Positions 1 through 11,944 of a stretch of 64,000 bases of DNA are shown here, piece after piece. The position numbers were made by a program, and so were the translations under genes. Positions within the stretch are counted from its first letter, which is position 1; the number at the start of each line of letters is the position of its first letter. A model generated the notes under the pieces. That model ran no database searches, was not told the DNA's origin, and was given only the letters and a program-made list of their open reading frames with translations. This DNA comes from Centroscyllium fabricii (lineage: Eukaryota): the NCBI GenBank assembly GCA_051313645.2, contig JBNRSN020000010.1, forward strand, positions 9,734,001 to 9,798,000. Reading direction: 5' to 3'.

Positions 1-147
1 TTAAAAGGATGATAGATAGGTACATGGAGGGGAAGGAAGAGTAGGGGGGACAGAAAAAATCAGAGACGGACTAAGCACGGCACTAAATTGAGGGCCCAAG
101 GGCCGGTACAGTGCTGTATGTTCTATGTTCTATGTTCTATGTTCTAT
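1..147 (+). mobile_element. CR1 LINE 3' end with (GTTCTAT)n tail
   Basis: CR1-type 3' UTR (gataggtacatggagggg...gggccggtacagtgctgtat) ending in tandem gttctat repeats at about 120-147. Confidence 0.75.
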
Positions 148-149
148 CC

Positions 150-1410
150 AGTGACCGGTCTCTGACTCCAAGAGCGATCTGGAATACATTTTTCCCATCT
201 TGCTTCCTGGAAGGATGCTGGTCCATTATCCCAGTATTTTATGTATCTGCTGCATCTGCTGTGGCGATGCCACGTACCATACTTTTGCTTTAGACGTGTC
301 TTCCCTTATCGACAACCGAGGATTCCCCTCTAGCCTGGATGACAGGGCTATTGACTTTTTCAATTCGGTTTCCCGCACTGGTGCTCTCACCTCTTTCAGT
401 CTGCCCCGGAACTACATTAGGGTTCCCCTTGTCTTCACTTTCACCCCAGCAGCCTACCCATCCAATGGATCATCCTCCGCCATTTCTGCCACATCCAGCG
501 TGATCCCACCACCAAACATATCTTCCCCTCAACTACTTTCAGCATTCTGAAGGAAGCGCTCCATTCAAAACATCCTGGTCCACTCCCCAATCACCGCCAA
601 CAGCCCTTCCCCTTCCCACCGCACGTTCCCATGCAAGTACAGGAAATGAAACACCTGCCATTTTACCTCCTCCCTTTCCCATGTCCATGGCCCCGAACAG
701 CCCTTCCATGTATGAGATCGATATACTTGTGCTTCTTGCAATTATTCGCTGCTCACGATGCGGTCTTATTTATGCGGTGGAGTCCAAATCAGGATTGGTT
801 GACCACATTGCAGAACACTTCCGATCAGTCAATTGTGTGACACCAAGCTTCTTCAACTTTAATTTCTTCTCAAATCTCACACTGACCACTCCCTTATCGG
901 CCGCTTACACTTTTCCAACAAAGATCGAGGAACAGCACCTCACATTTTGATTAAGGCTTCTGGGCTGAACATCGAGTTCAACAATTTCAGATTATAAACA
1001 CGGAGCCTAATTTAGTTTTTTCATTATTGTTTTTAATTTTCTCTTTTTTTCTCTCGCATGAAATATATTGTGGATTATGCCATTGCCATTCACTCCTCAC
1101 CTAGATTCCTCTTCTGTATTTTTACTTATCCCATTGCCATCTCCTTCAGTTTGGACAATTAACCCAATATTCTTTAATCTCTCTTGTCTTTTACGCCATC
1201 ACAGGCCTTCCCTTTTTGTTGTTTGCTCTGTTGACAACCCCCGCGCCCCGCTTCTCCCAGCCTCTACACTTGCTTGAAGACCTGTTACAACAGTTTCATT
1301 TTTCCAGTTCTGAACAAGGGTCCTCGACATGATCTATTAACACTGTTTCTCTCAATATATATGCTGCCTGACCAGCTGGGTATTTGCAGCATTTTCAGTT
1401 TTTGTGTCAG
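150..1410 (+). mobile_element. Degenerate Penelope-like element: RT C-terminus, GIY-YIG endonuclease remnant and 3' pLTR
   Basis: ORF 681-950 reads IIRCSRCGLIYAVESK...IAEHFRSV...EEQHLTF, a decayed GIY-YIG domain of PLE type. It is followed by GLNIEFNNFR-like codons and a decayed hammerhead-like tail (ttctgaacaagggtcctcgac...tgctgcctgacc) at about 1305-1410. Confidence 0.75.
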
Positions 1411-1718
1411 AATAAATTCTCTTTGTTATACAACATCCTGGGGATGGATTTTAAAGCAGCAGACAGCGTTTCACTATATAATTCACCCGATATATATTAC
1501 AGATTACTATAATGCAGTGTACAAGTCCAGGGAATCACCGCTTTGTCAATTATTTTCGGGAAAACACCCCATTCCCATATAATCCGGGATTAAAGGAGCA
1601 GCAACAATTAAACAAAAATGTTCTTCAAACTTGAAAATGCCGGTCAATGAGCTCCAGGTGGCAATTCTGACCATTTGGGAATGTGTCCGGAGAGCAGCAT
1701 TTAAAGGCATCACACAGA

Positions 1719-2118
1719 TATAGAAACATAGAAACATAGAAACTAGGAGCAGGAGTAGGCCATTCGGCCCTTCGAGCCTGCTCCGCCATTCAAGAGATCA
1801 TGGCTGATCATCCAAACCCAGTACCCGTCCCTGCCCTCTCCCCACATCCCTATCGAGCCTGCACCGACACATATCCCACCCTATCCCCGTAACCCCACCT
1901 ATTCAATCCCCCTAACACTAAGGGTCAATTTATCCTGGCCAATCTACCTAACCCGCACATCTTTGGACTGTGACAGGAAACCGGAGCACCTTGAGGAAAC
2001 CCAGGCAGACACGGGGAGAATGTGCAAACTCCACACAGATAGTACCCGAGGCTGGATTTGAACCTGGGTCTCCAGTGCTGTGAGACAACAGGGCTGGCCG
2101 CTGTGCCACCGTGCCGCC
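1719..2118 (-). mobile_element. tRNA-derived V-SINE (HE1-like) with CR1-derived 3' tail
   Basis: Minus strand starts ggcggcacggtggcacag with A/B-box-like ggttcaaatcc, then the V-domain gtgtggagtttgcacattctccccgtgtctgc, a CR1-like 3' UTR and a (TTTCTATG)n tail. Confidence 0.85.
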
Positions 2119-2197
2119 AAGCAGTTTATTTAATAAAAACATTTACTGACACTCCTTGAATATATAGGGAGTTAGTTAGAGTTTGGTACATGCCAGT

Positions 2198-3657
2198 GAG
2201 GTTTGATTTTCGCGGGTTCAGCGGGACGGAAAATTGGCGGGTCAAATGGGAAAATAGATATAACCCAAGCGGGTCAGGACCCCGCTGTCAATCCGCTGTC
2301 ATGCACCTTTCCCGAATCTCGGGTCTGTCAGCGCTGAGCAGACCCGGCATGCAGCGGCGGAGGAGGCATTTCAGGTAATTCTCTCTTTGTTAACAAAGGG
2401 TTAACTATTTCCAGCTCTATTGCAGAGTACACCAGGTGGCTCTCGGGGTGCACGCTGCTCGGGGATCATGTCAGGACAGCTATAAATGTGCTATAAGGGC
2501 GCCCATCTCGCAGCTCCACACTTCAAAGCTCATGAACTGTTGCTTCCTGCATTTGGAAGACAGATTGAGCTTTATGCAGGTTTCAAGTGATGGAGCAAAC
2601 TCTCTACCGAATGTCCCTTCAATGGAACCACCTCTCTCACCATTGACGGTTTGCTTTTAACATCTCAGGTTCACCTCAGAATCCCACCATGATCAGCCTC
2701 AACACCAGCTGCAACAACAACAAAACCGCCCTGCTCCGCAACTCCTGATGCTGCCTAGCAAAGAGGGCATCAGCACCCGGCCACATTGCTGACCGGAACT
2801 CGAGGAATGGCTTCACAATGGCCAGATTTTCTTCACTTATCGGTGCACGTCCTGGATGTCAGATCACCTGCCAGGTTGCCACAGCAACAACATAAACCTC
2901 CCTACAATACCCAATTAATTCCTGTCATACATATCAACATTGGGGGCGGTAGTTATGTCCCAACATTTATTGAAAATAACTAAGCCACTTCCAACGATGC
3001 AAACGAATCTGTCGCAGAACGGCAAGTGTTGAACCTGCAGATTTCAAAACTTGACACCTCATTAACAGAAACTTGACATCGCATCGGTTAATCACACACA
3101 ATTGGCGAACGCTTGTGTGTTGTTATTCGGTATGATTAGACGAGGATGAGGGTAAATGTGAGAGGTGGCTTGGGAGATGTGGATGTGTTAATATAGATAG
3201 CGAGGGATGGGTGGAATTGGAAGTTATGTTGCTGTGAGTTTGAATATGCAGGAGTAGGGTAGGGAAGGCAGAGTGATGGACTTGATCGGCTTGAAGGCAT
3301 TTCCCTGTGAGCCCCACTGTGCAATGAGCAGCCAGGCTGTGTCGGTCTTTTCCGCCCATTGCAAGTGAACAGAGCCTCCCTGCGTGCTCGGGTTCCTTCC
3401 ATAAACATAAGAAGCGTGTTCTGGGAGAGTCTTAGTGCAGCAGTGTTCCTCTCTGCATATAATTTCAGTGATTGTATCACCTCACTATGGTAGAACACTG
3501 ACATCATAATGGTCAAACTCAATATGCGCGTCATCCAATGACGTCATCAAACCCGTTTCCGTCAATTCTCCAGAGCGAGGGCACGACCCGCCACCGACCT
3601 CTGCTGCACTCGACTCGCCACCGACCCGACTTTCAGTGATTGCTGTAAAATCCGACA
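2198..3657. mobile_element. Internally deleted PIF/Harbinger DNA transposon with Myb/SANT-like ORF2 remnant
   Basis: Minus strand 3300-3460 gives AERNTAALRLSQNTLLMFMEGTRARREALFTCNGRKRP, then after a frameshift AWLLIAQ, resembling the Harbinger Myb-like (NAIF1/MSANTD-type) N-terminus. Ends are degenerate (ggtttgatttt / aaaatccgac). A Gln-rich + strand segment may be the transposase N-terminus. Confidence 0.6.
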
Positions 3658-3711
3658 GAGAAAAATATATCCGATCCGAAGTTTGATTCCTTTTGTTTCT
3701 CATTCTGTAAG

Positions 3712-4360
3712 ACTGAGTAATAATAAACTGGGAGATTCAGGCTTGAAACACTTGTCTGCAGCTATGAGGAAGACGTACTGCAAAATACAAAATCTGCAGT
3801 AACTAGCAGACTGTGTGGAATTGTGCTAATAATAACGGGATATCCAACACAGAACATTATTATTAGTATCATTAATAGTGTTATTCATTAACGCTGGTGA
3901 TTTACTCTTATTCCTGTTATTGCTCTCTCTGATCCCCAAGCTATGTATTGTGGGGCTCACAGATTGTTGTGCCGAGCATCTCGCCTGATTACTTACGGAC
4001 CAGGACCTGAGTATTAATAAACTGTGAGATTCAAGAGTTAAACTATTTCCTGCTGCTCTGAGGTGCGCGGCCTATAAAATACCGAAACAGCAGTAAGCAG
4101 CAGACTGTGTGAGATTGTGTTTCTAATAACTGGATGTCCAACACTGAACATTATTATTATTATCTAAAATAGTGTTATTAATAATCTCTGGTGTTTACTC
4201 TGATACCTGTTATTTCTCTCTCTGAACCCCAGGCTGGATGATGTCGGTCACACTGATTCTTGTGCTGAGGATCTCCCTTCCGCACTCATTACAAAACGCT
4301 TACTGACGGGTCTGTCCCTGGAAACAAACCCCTTCACAGCCATCATCCCCTATTGTGCGG
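3712..4360 (+). pseudogene. NLR (NACHT-LRR; NLRC3/NLRP3-like) ribonuclease-inhibitor-type LRR exons, cluster 1
   Basis: Exon 3712-3798 (87 nt, ag/gt): LSNNKLGDSGLKHLSAAMRKTYCKIQNL. Exon about 3941-4092: LCIVGLTDCCAEHLA*...DLSINKL*DSRVKL, two stops. Exon 4233-about 4360: LDDVGHTDSCAEDLPSALITKRLLTGLSLETNPFT. The short introns resemble one another. Confidence 0.85.
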
Positions 4361-4760
4361 TGAGAGTGCAGCTACAGCGGCAATAAACTCATCCGCACGG
4401 ACTCACAGCGCTTCTTATGCAGCATATCCACGGTGGAATGTTCCCCAATGGTGCATTAGGGAAATGCACAGACAAGAAAGTCCGAGGGTGGTACTTTTTC
4501 TGAGCTGCAGTGGGATAATTACAATTGCACGCTTTATTTATGGGTGTCTCTCTCAATAAGGATCCAGCCTCTGTAAGGAATAACACCCTGTACAGTATGT
4601 CTCTCCGAGTGAGGTGTCTGACTCTAACAAATGTCCGTGTGCACATTGTGGGTCTCCCCGTGAGAAATCGGACTCTGTTACCAGTGTCACTGCGCACAGT
4701 TTGTGTCTATCCCAGTGAGGAGTTGGACTCTGTATAGTGTTCCTGTGTACAATGTGTGTC

Positions 4761-6455
4761 ACAGAAACATAGAAGATAAGAGCAGGGGTAGGCCATTCGG
4801 TCCCTCGATCCTGCACCGCCATTTAATGAGATAATGGCAGCAAATTCAATTTCAAAAACCTCTCCCTGCTTTTACTCCATAACCCTTGATCCTTTTAGCA
4901 TTAAGAAATATATCTAACTCCTTCTTGCATATTTTCTATGAATGAGCCTCAACGGCCTTTTGTGGAAGACAATTCCTGAGGTTCACCTCTCACTGGGTGA
5001 AGAAATTCTTCCTCATCTCTGTCCTAAATAGTTTACCCCTTATCTGTAGACTGTGACCACTGGTTCTGGAATCATCCACCACCGGGAACATTCTTTCTGC
5101 ACTAATCTGCCTCGTCCTGCTAGAATGTTACATATGTTTAATTAGATCCCATCTCATGCTTCTAAACTACAGCGAATATAAGCCTAATCGACCCATTCTC
5201 TCCTCATACTTCATTCCCGCCATCCCAGATATCAGTCTGGTAAATCTTTGCTGCACTCCCTGCATAGCAAGACAATCTTTCCTCAGATATGGCGACCTTA
5301 ACGGCACACAGTACTCAAGGTGTGGTTCACCAAGGCCCTGTACTACTGTAGCAATGCATCCTTGCCTGTGGAATCGATTCGTGTAGCTACGAATGATAAC
5401 ATACTATTTTCCTTCTTAACCCCCTCCTACAGCTACATGGCTAACTTCAGCGACTGGTGCAAAAGGACACTCAGGTCTCGTTGCAGGTCCTCTTCTCCCA
5501 ATCTATTGCCTTTCAGAAAATAATCTGCCTTCCTATATTTGGCATCAAAGTGGATAATCTCGCATTTATCCACGTTATACTGCATCTGCTATGCATCTGA
5601 CCAATCACGCAAACTGTCCAAATCATACTGGAGATTATGGGCATCATCCTTACAGGACAATAACCTAAACAGCTTTGTGTCCTCTGCAAACGTGGAGATT
5701 TTACATCTAGTTCCCTTGTCTAGATCATTATATATATTGTCAAAAGCTGGGGTCCTATAACCGATCACCACTAGTCACTGCCTGCTACTTGGAAAAAATA
5801 ACAGTTTATTCCAAATCTTTGCTCCCTGTCTGCCAACCATTTCCCTATCCAAGTCAATACCTTACCACGAAACTCATGTGCTTTATCTATACACGCTAAT
5901 CGCTTATGCGAGAAATTATCTAAAGCCAACTGAATGACCAGATACACCGCATCCACTGGTTCTCCATTATCTATTCTACTAGTTACATGTTCATGACATT
6001 TCAATAGAGTAGTCGAAGACGATTTACCTTTTGTAAATCCATGTTGAATTTGTTCAATGCTGTCACTGTTTTCCAATGCATTTCCTATTACATATTTCTT
6101 AATGCACTCTAGCATTTTCCCCACTACCGAAGTCAGGCTTACCAGTCTATAATTCACCATTTCTCTGTACCGCCATTTTTGAATGGTGAGGTAACATTAG
6201 CTGCCGTCCTCTCCATGTGAATTGTCCAGGTGTATTTGGAATTTGGAAGCTAACCAGCAATGCCTCTACTATTTCTAGGGCAACTTATTTAAGTACATTA
6301 TCATATAGTTCATCAGGCCCTGCTGATTTCTCGGCCTTCAATGCATAACATTTTCCAACAAAACGACCGAAAAAATAATGATTTCATTCATTTCCGCCCC
6401 CCCACCCCCCCCCCCCCCCCCATTAGGTCATACTTTCACCGATATCTCTGGGAGT
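4761..6455 (-). mobile_element. 5'-truncated CR1 LINE (RT remnant plus 3' UTR)
   Basis: ORFs 5771-6160 (NYRLVSLTSVVGKMLE, QHGFTKGKS) and 5589-5771 (ISTFAEDTKL, decayed FADD). Tail tttctatg-like at about 4765. Confidence 0.9.
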
Positions 6456-6728
6456 TTATCAGTGTTTGACCGAGTTATGAGTCTGATTTTGTAACAAATG
6501 TCCCAGTGTACAGGTGCGTTTCTCCCAGTGAGGAGTCAGGATCTGTAACAAGTGCCACTTCGTACAGTGTGTCTCTCCCAGTGAGGAGTCAAACTCTGTG
6601 ACAAGTGACACTGTGTAGAGTCTGTGTCTCTCCCAGTGCAGAATCAGACTCTTTAACACGTGTCCGTGTGTACTTTGTGTGTCTCTCCGAGTGAGGAGTT
6701 AGACTCTAACATGTGTCCCTGTGTACAG

Positions 6729-7320
6729 GAGCAAATACTGTGGATGCTAGAAATCCGCAATTACAACAGAAAACGCTGGAGAAACTCAGCAGGCCTTACA
6801 GCATCGGTGGAGAGAGAAACAACGTTGACATTTCAGATTGATGACCTTTCTTCAGCGCTGGAGAACGGCTCTGGCAGGTTAAAGGAAAATAAGCGCAGAC
6901 GAAAGTGTGGATTGAAAAACGTGAGAAAATATATATGACTAAAGAAGTTATAACATCGGCCTCTGCCACATTTATATATACATACTGTGTTTTCTCAATG
7001 AACACTTTCGTCTGGGGTTTCGTCTTTTTGTCTTCTTTTTCTTTTCTGTGCAAGACCCGTTAACAGCAATCCAGAATCATCCTGTGTTCTTTCAATTTCT
7101 CTCAAATCTCGTACTTTCCCGCATTCGAGTCTGTTGCTGAGCTTTCCTTTGCACTTTCAGCCCAGCTCCGACTATCACCAGCCCCTGCAAGCTTTAAAAT
7201 CAATATCCAATCCTGGCTTCTCCAGTTCCGAAGAAATGTCGTCGACCCGAAAATTCAACTCTGTTTCTATCTCCACCAATGATGCCTGTTATGCTGAGTT
7301 TCTCGAGCTTTTCATTTTGT
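6729..7320. mobile_element. Penelope-derived fragment with inverted hammerhead-like pLTR pair
   Basis: Minus strand about 6825-6860: CTGAAGA-aaggtcatcaatct-GAAA-tgtc. Plus strand about 7224-7262: agttCCGAAGA...gacccGAAAattcaact. Both are followed by the ctgtttctctctccac.gatgctg tail. Confidence 0.7.
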
Positions 7321-7594
7321 CCCTCTGTATGGTGCGTTTCTCTCGCAGTATGGAGCCAGAGTCTGTAGCAAGTTTCCCTGTGTTCAGGGTGTGTCTCCCC
7401 CAGTGAGGAGACAGAGTCTGTAGCAAGGGTCGCTGTGTACATTTTGTGTCTCCTTCAGTGAGCAGTCAGAGTCGTTAGCAAGTGTCCCCGTGTACAATGT
7501 GCTTCTCTCCCAGTGAAGAATCAGACTATGTAGGAAATGTTCCTGTGGACAGTGTGTGTCTCCCCCAGTTACGCGTCAGGCACTTTAAGGACTG

Positions 7595-7907
7595 TCCCTA
7601 CAACCTTCCGAGATCACTCCACGCCTCTGACATGTTCCACATTCTCGATTCCCATTGCTCCACTTTGGCGCCATGAGCTCCGCTGCCAGGGCCTTAAACT
7701 CTGATATATCGTCCCAAAGAAGCATCACAGCTCTACGTTTTTCTGCTCGTCCTTTAAAATTATTTTAAATACCTACCAGTTTCACCGAGCTTTGGGCCAT
7801 CTCACCTAAAATCTTTTTGTCTGACTCAGTGTAAAATATTTCTGCTAATGCCTTGTGTTGTTTCGTTATATTAAATTATCTACATAAATGCAAGTTATTG
7901 TTGTTGT
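7595..7907 (+). mobile_element. L2-type LINE 3' end with (TTG)n tail
   Basis: ccctacaaccttccgagatc...aaatacctacc...gagctttggg...ataaatgcaagttattgttgttg resembles the vertebrate L2 3' terminus. Confidence 0.55.
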
Positions 7908-8049
7908 CCCTCTGTTTTTTTAATAAAACTCCATCGCTTACTTCAGCAGGTCTCCTCGATATACCCAGTAACTGGCTTCATTGTTTTAATATCTTCAATA
8001 CACGTTCCGCTATAGTACATTCCAACTACTCCCTTTCTATGCAAGGACT

Positions 8050-8360
8050 CGGTCTGTTCCCTCTGGAGGAGGCCTCTGTCACTCACCTGTGGAGTTGGCC
8101 TCGGTCGATCCCCTGTGGACGAAGCCTCGTTCATCCGCAAGCGGAGGAGGACATTAAATATCCCCTTTTTTGTGTAAGGCTCGTTCGGTTCCCTCTGGAC
8201 GAGGCCTCGGTCGACACCCTTGGAGGAGGTCACTGTAAGTCTCCTCTGGAGGAGGCCACGGTTCGTCCCCGCTGGACGAGTTCTCAGTCACTATCCTGTA
8301 GACGATTTATTTGTCAGTCCCGTCTGGACGCGTCCTCGGCCGGTACCCAATGGAGGAGTT
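8050..8360. repeat. Degenerate ~27 bp GC-rich tandem repeat (ccctctggaggaggcctcggt core)
   Basis: The core cc(c/t)ctgga(g/c)gaggcc recurs about 8-10 times, e.g. 8059, 8191, 8242. It translates as repeated PLEEA in ORF 7853-8401. Confidence 0.7.
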
Positions 8361-8519
8361 CTGACAGTAAAATCTGCTCTGGGATCATTGCATTTTTCTA
8401 ATACACCTCCATGAAAATCAGGACAAGGGAGGCAGGCAATGAGGGAGAAACATGAAATAAAGAAAACATTCAGAATAGGAATGACAGGCAGGCAATGAGT
8501 GAAACACATGAATTCAAGA

Positions 8520-8790
8520 CAACATTCAGAATAAAAATAAAGATACAAACTACTGGAAATAGTCATTCGTTTAGGCAGAATCAGTGGAGATAGAGACACA
8601 GAGTAAATTTTACAGCCCGATGACCTTTCCTCAGAACATTGACAAAATCAGACAAAAGGTGATCGAGCTGAAAAATTAACTATATTTTTGTCTCTATCTC
8701 CACAGATGCTGCCTTACGTACAGAGTATATCCAGCATTTGCTGTTTTTATTTCAGATTTCCCACATCCAGTTCATTTGCTTTTGATGCAG
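8520..8790. mobile_element. Head-to-head pair of Penelope pLTR (hammerhead-like) fragments
   Basis: Minus strand gttCTGAGGAaaggtcatcgggctGTAA ends at about 8637, immediately followed by a + strand copy aaggtgatcgagctGAAA...ctccacagatgctgcc...atttcagatttcc. Confidence 0.65.
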
Positions 8791-9321
8791 CAAATAATGC
8801 CTGTTTCTTCAGGATGCAAAATGCAAAGTTAAACTGCTGAAAAAAGCCTAACACAAGCGTAGGAATAATAGAAGTCAACTTAATTTGGTTGCTGGCACTG
8901 TTTTGTGGGAATGCTGCAGGCTGGCTTTTGTGTGCGTATGTGTATGTGTGTGTGTGTGTGTGTGTTTCTGTGAGAGAGAGACAGTGAGTGACATACACAA
9001 AAGCTGTTGTTTATGCAGTGCTTCTCTGTGTTCAAGTTATCTGCCGTGTGCATTGGTTCTGCATCTCCTGTCTGAAAATAACACAAAGTATACACCATAA
9101 GGTTATACTGATTTATTCCAGTCGCGCTATTGTGGGATCTTACTTAGTCATTCTCTCAATAATTCTGTACAAAGTAAGGCTATATATATATATATATATA
9201 TCTCAAAACTTTTGATATTGTTTCTGCACTTGACATTATCGGGCAATGTTTTTGGTGAACTTCATTGCAGGTTATGCTGTGGGGTCTTACACGCCCGTTC
9301 AACCGAATCAAACAAGACAAT

Positions 9322-10155
9322 GGGCCATGTTTTCCTGTGCTCCAGAAGAGCTGCACCCCCACGAAGGGGGGTCAGAAATGCCTCGTATTGGTGCAGCTCG
9401 GGTGATTACCAGAAACGTGAATTTCCTGTGCTGATGGGCAAGGGGCTTCAGCTTCCTCCCCAGGAAGACCTTGCACTGATGATTTCCTGTAGTCAGCTGC
9501 TCAAAATGCGGGTGTATCACGTGGGGAAGCCTCTCTTTTGCTGCACATATAAAAAGGAGTCTTACAGGGCTGCAGGCATGGTTGTGAAGTGAAAAAAACA
9601 CGTTTAAATTTATTATTTTTTGATTCCTTTGGAGATATTTGTCTGTGGTCTTTCAGCTTGTGAATGGATAGGGTTTTATATCTTTTGGTGAAAGTGAAAA
9701 AAAATCGGGGCTCTGAGGCTCTCACACTTTCACCAAAAAATATCAAACCCTACCCATTTACAAGCTGAAAGACCACAGACAAATATCTCCAAAGGAATCA
9801 AAAAAAAAATAACTTTAAACGTGTTTTTTTCACTGGAGCAAAAAAAAACTAACATCGGAAAATCAGAAACTTTAAAAAACCATCTTCATAGAAACTGAAA
9901 AAAAACAAAAAAAAGGTGCTTCCCTACCCGATCTTCTTCATCCCGCAGGCCGATTCTGTGCTTCGTTCGGGGGTAAAGCCGACCTCAGTGGGCGTGGCTT
10001 GCACCCCGGACCAAAAAAAAGACGTCACCTCCGAACGTAAAAAAAACGGCATTTCCCACAGTGAATTGCCGCCGAAAAAAAAAGTACGTGCGCGTGCGCC
10101 GCGGGTGCTCGGGAGCACGCACCAGCGGCAAACGGGCCACAGGAAAACATGGCCC
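9322..10155. mobile_element. Non-autonomous DNA transposon (MITE, PIF/Harbinger-like) with internal palindrome
   Basis: Perfect 18-bp TIR gggccatgttttcctgtg / cacaggaaaacatggccc; flanks AAT/AAA. Absent from the paralogous unit near 12060. Internal inverted repeat 9588-9834. Confidence 0.85.
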
Positions 10156-11249
10156 AAAATATTGCTAAATCATGTATATGTTATATGTTTAAAATTATTC
10201 TAACAATAATCCATTTGACTTATTTCTGGACTGGGATTTATTGTTGAATGTGTTTGGGATGTCTCAGAGCAAAGCAGCATTTTGAGCTTTCCATTCATTT
10301 TATTCCACTCCAGGCAAACCACAGATAGGCAGAAACTTAGTTAACACAAGTAAAGTATATGTATCATTATTTATTCCTGATTTTATTTAATTATTTTCAC
10401 TCTCCCGGGCTTTCATTTCTTCTCAGCGACCGGGTTATTTCTCGGGCCTCATATTCACTTCTTCCTGTTTGATTTACCTCGCTGAGCATGGCCACAAAGC
10501 CAAGAAGGGACATCATCAACAATTGACACTCCCAGGCTGCACAAGTTTCATAATAACTGTGAGTGTACGATCCTGTAAATTGCAGAGTATGTGTGAGTGC
10601 GTCTGTATCTGCGTGAATGTCTGTGTTTCTGCAAATTGCAGAGTCTTATTGAGTATGTGTGTCTTGTAACTGTAAATGTTAGTTCAATATCGGTGCGAGA
10701 GAGACTGAGCGATGAGAGACAGACGGACAGTCAGTGAAAGAGTGAGAGTGAGAGATCGAGAGAGAGAGGCATGAAATCAAAAGGCAAGACGCAGAATAGA
10801 AAATCTGTTCCTGTAGGCCACAGACTGAAAGCATAAACTCCGAAAAAACTGTGTTTTGATTCTAGTTTTCCAAGACTGCAGTCATTCCTCTGCTGGCTGG
10901 TCAGGGTGTATGTTTACGAGTTTTTCAGAGAGAGACACACAGAGTGAGCAAAAGCAGCTGCTAGTTTGTGATGTGGTCTGATGTCTTATTACCTGCTGTT
11001 GTACTAAACCCAATAATTTAATTCTGGCCTGGTCCACATGAAATCCTGCTGTGTGTGACGCTATTGCACTTTATTTCACTTCACTTCACTTCAAAGCAGA
11101 AAGTCAAGAATTGAGAAACAAAAATGCCTCTGCGGAATATCTGACAGTAAAAAAAACTGCTCAGGGAAGATTCCATTCTATTTATTCCACACCAGGCAAA
11201 TCGAGACAGGGCAGGCAGGCAGTGAGTTGCATGAAGTCAATAAAACATG

Positions 11250-11490
11250 CAGAACTGAAATAAAATGCTGAAAATGCTCGAAATACTCAGCAGGTCAGAC
11301 AGAGACTGTGGAGAAAAAGAAACAGGGTAAGTATTTCAGATTGAGGGTCTTTTGTCACAAACTTTCCGTAATGTGATAAACGGTCATTGAGATGACATAT
11401 TAATTCGTTTGTCACTCCAGTGATGCTGCCTGAACTGTTGATATTTTTCGGGCATTGTCTATTTTTATTTTACATTTTCAGCATCCACAT
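11250..11490. mobile_element. Head-to-head Penelope pLTR pair (paralogue of 8520-8790)
   Basis: aaaatgctcgaaatactcagcaggtcagac...tttcagattgagggtcttttgtcac on the minus strand, then gtgataaacggtcattgagatgaca...gatgctgcctgaactgttga on the plus strand. Confidence 0.6.
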
Positions 11491-11885
11491 ATATTGGGTT
11501 TAATACAGATTAGAAGAACTGTGTCTGTAGGCCGCAAAAAGGAACTATTAGCTCCTGAAACGTGTCGGTTTTGCATCTGAACTACCAAACACAACAGGGC
11601 AATAAAATAAATCAACTTTGTTTCATTGCTAACAGTTTTGTGTGGCAATTGTGCAGGCTGGCCTATGCGTGTGTGTGAGAGAGAGGGAGAAAGAGAGAGA
11701 GACAGGAAAAACTCGTGTATGTGCAGGAATTACTGTTTTAAGGTTATGTGCCACCCACATTGGTATTGCATACCATGTCTGAGAAAAAACTAACCGTGTG
11801 CGCAATTAGGTTAATCTGATACATTACAGGCAGCACTGATATGGGATCTCACTTTGCCTTTCTTTAAAGGCTTTTATAATAATCA

Positions 11886-11944
11886 TATCTATATATCTAT
11901 CTATCTACCTATCTATCTATCTATATATATATATATATATATAT
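11886..11944. repeat. (ATCT)n/(AT)n microsatellite
   Basis: Direct reading. The paralogous position at 9181-9201 is (TA)n, and (TG)n lies at about 8940-8965. Confidence 0.9.

Larger units (their letters stand above)
4560..7600. repeat. 53-55 bp minisatellite in three blocks (about 4560-4760, 6455-6728, 7320-7600)
   Basis: Unit approximately ctcccagtgaggagtcagactctgtaacaagtgtccctgtgtacagtgtgtgtct; ctccca recurs at 6522, 6575 and 6630. The blocks are separated by a CR1 and a PLE insertion. Confidence 0.85.

Noticed and set aside
4560-7600. CRISPR-like look of the 53-55 bp repeats
   Set aside because: The units are tandem with no unique spacers, there are no cas genes, and the context is vertebrate.
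8747-10203. Short ORFs over microsatellites and the MITE
   Set aside because: These are low-complexity or TE-derived frames with no domain motifs.
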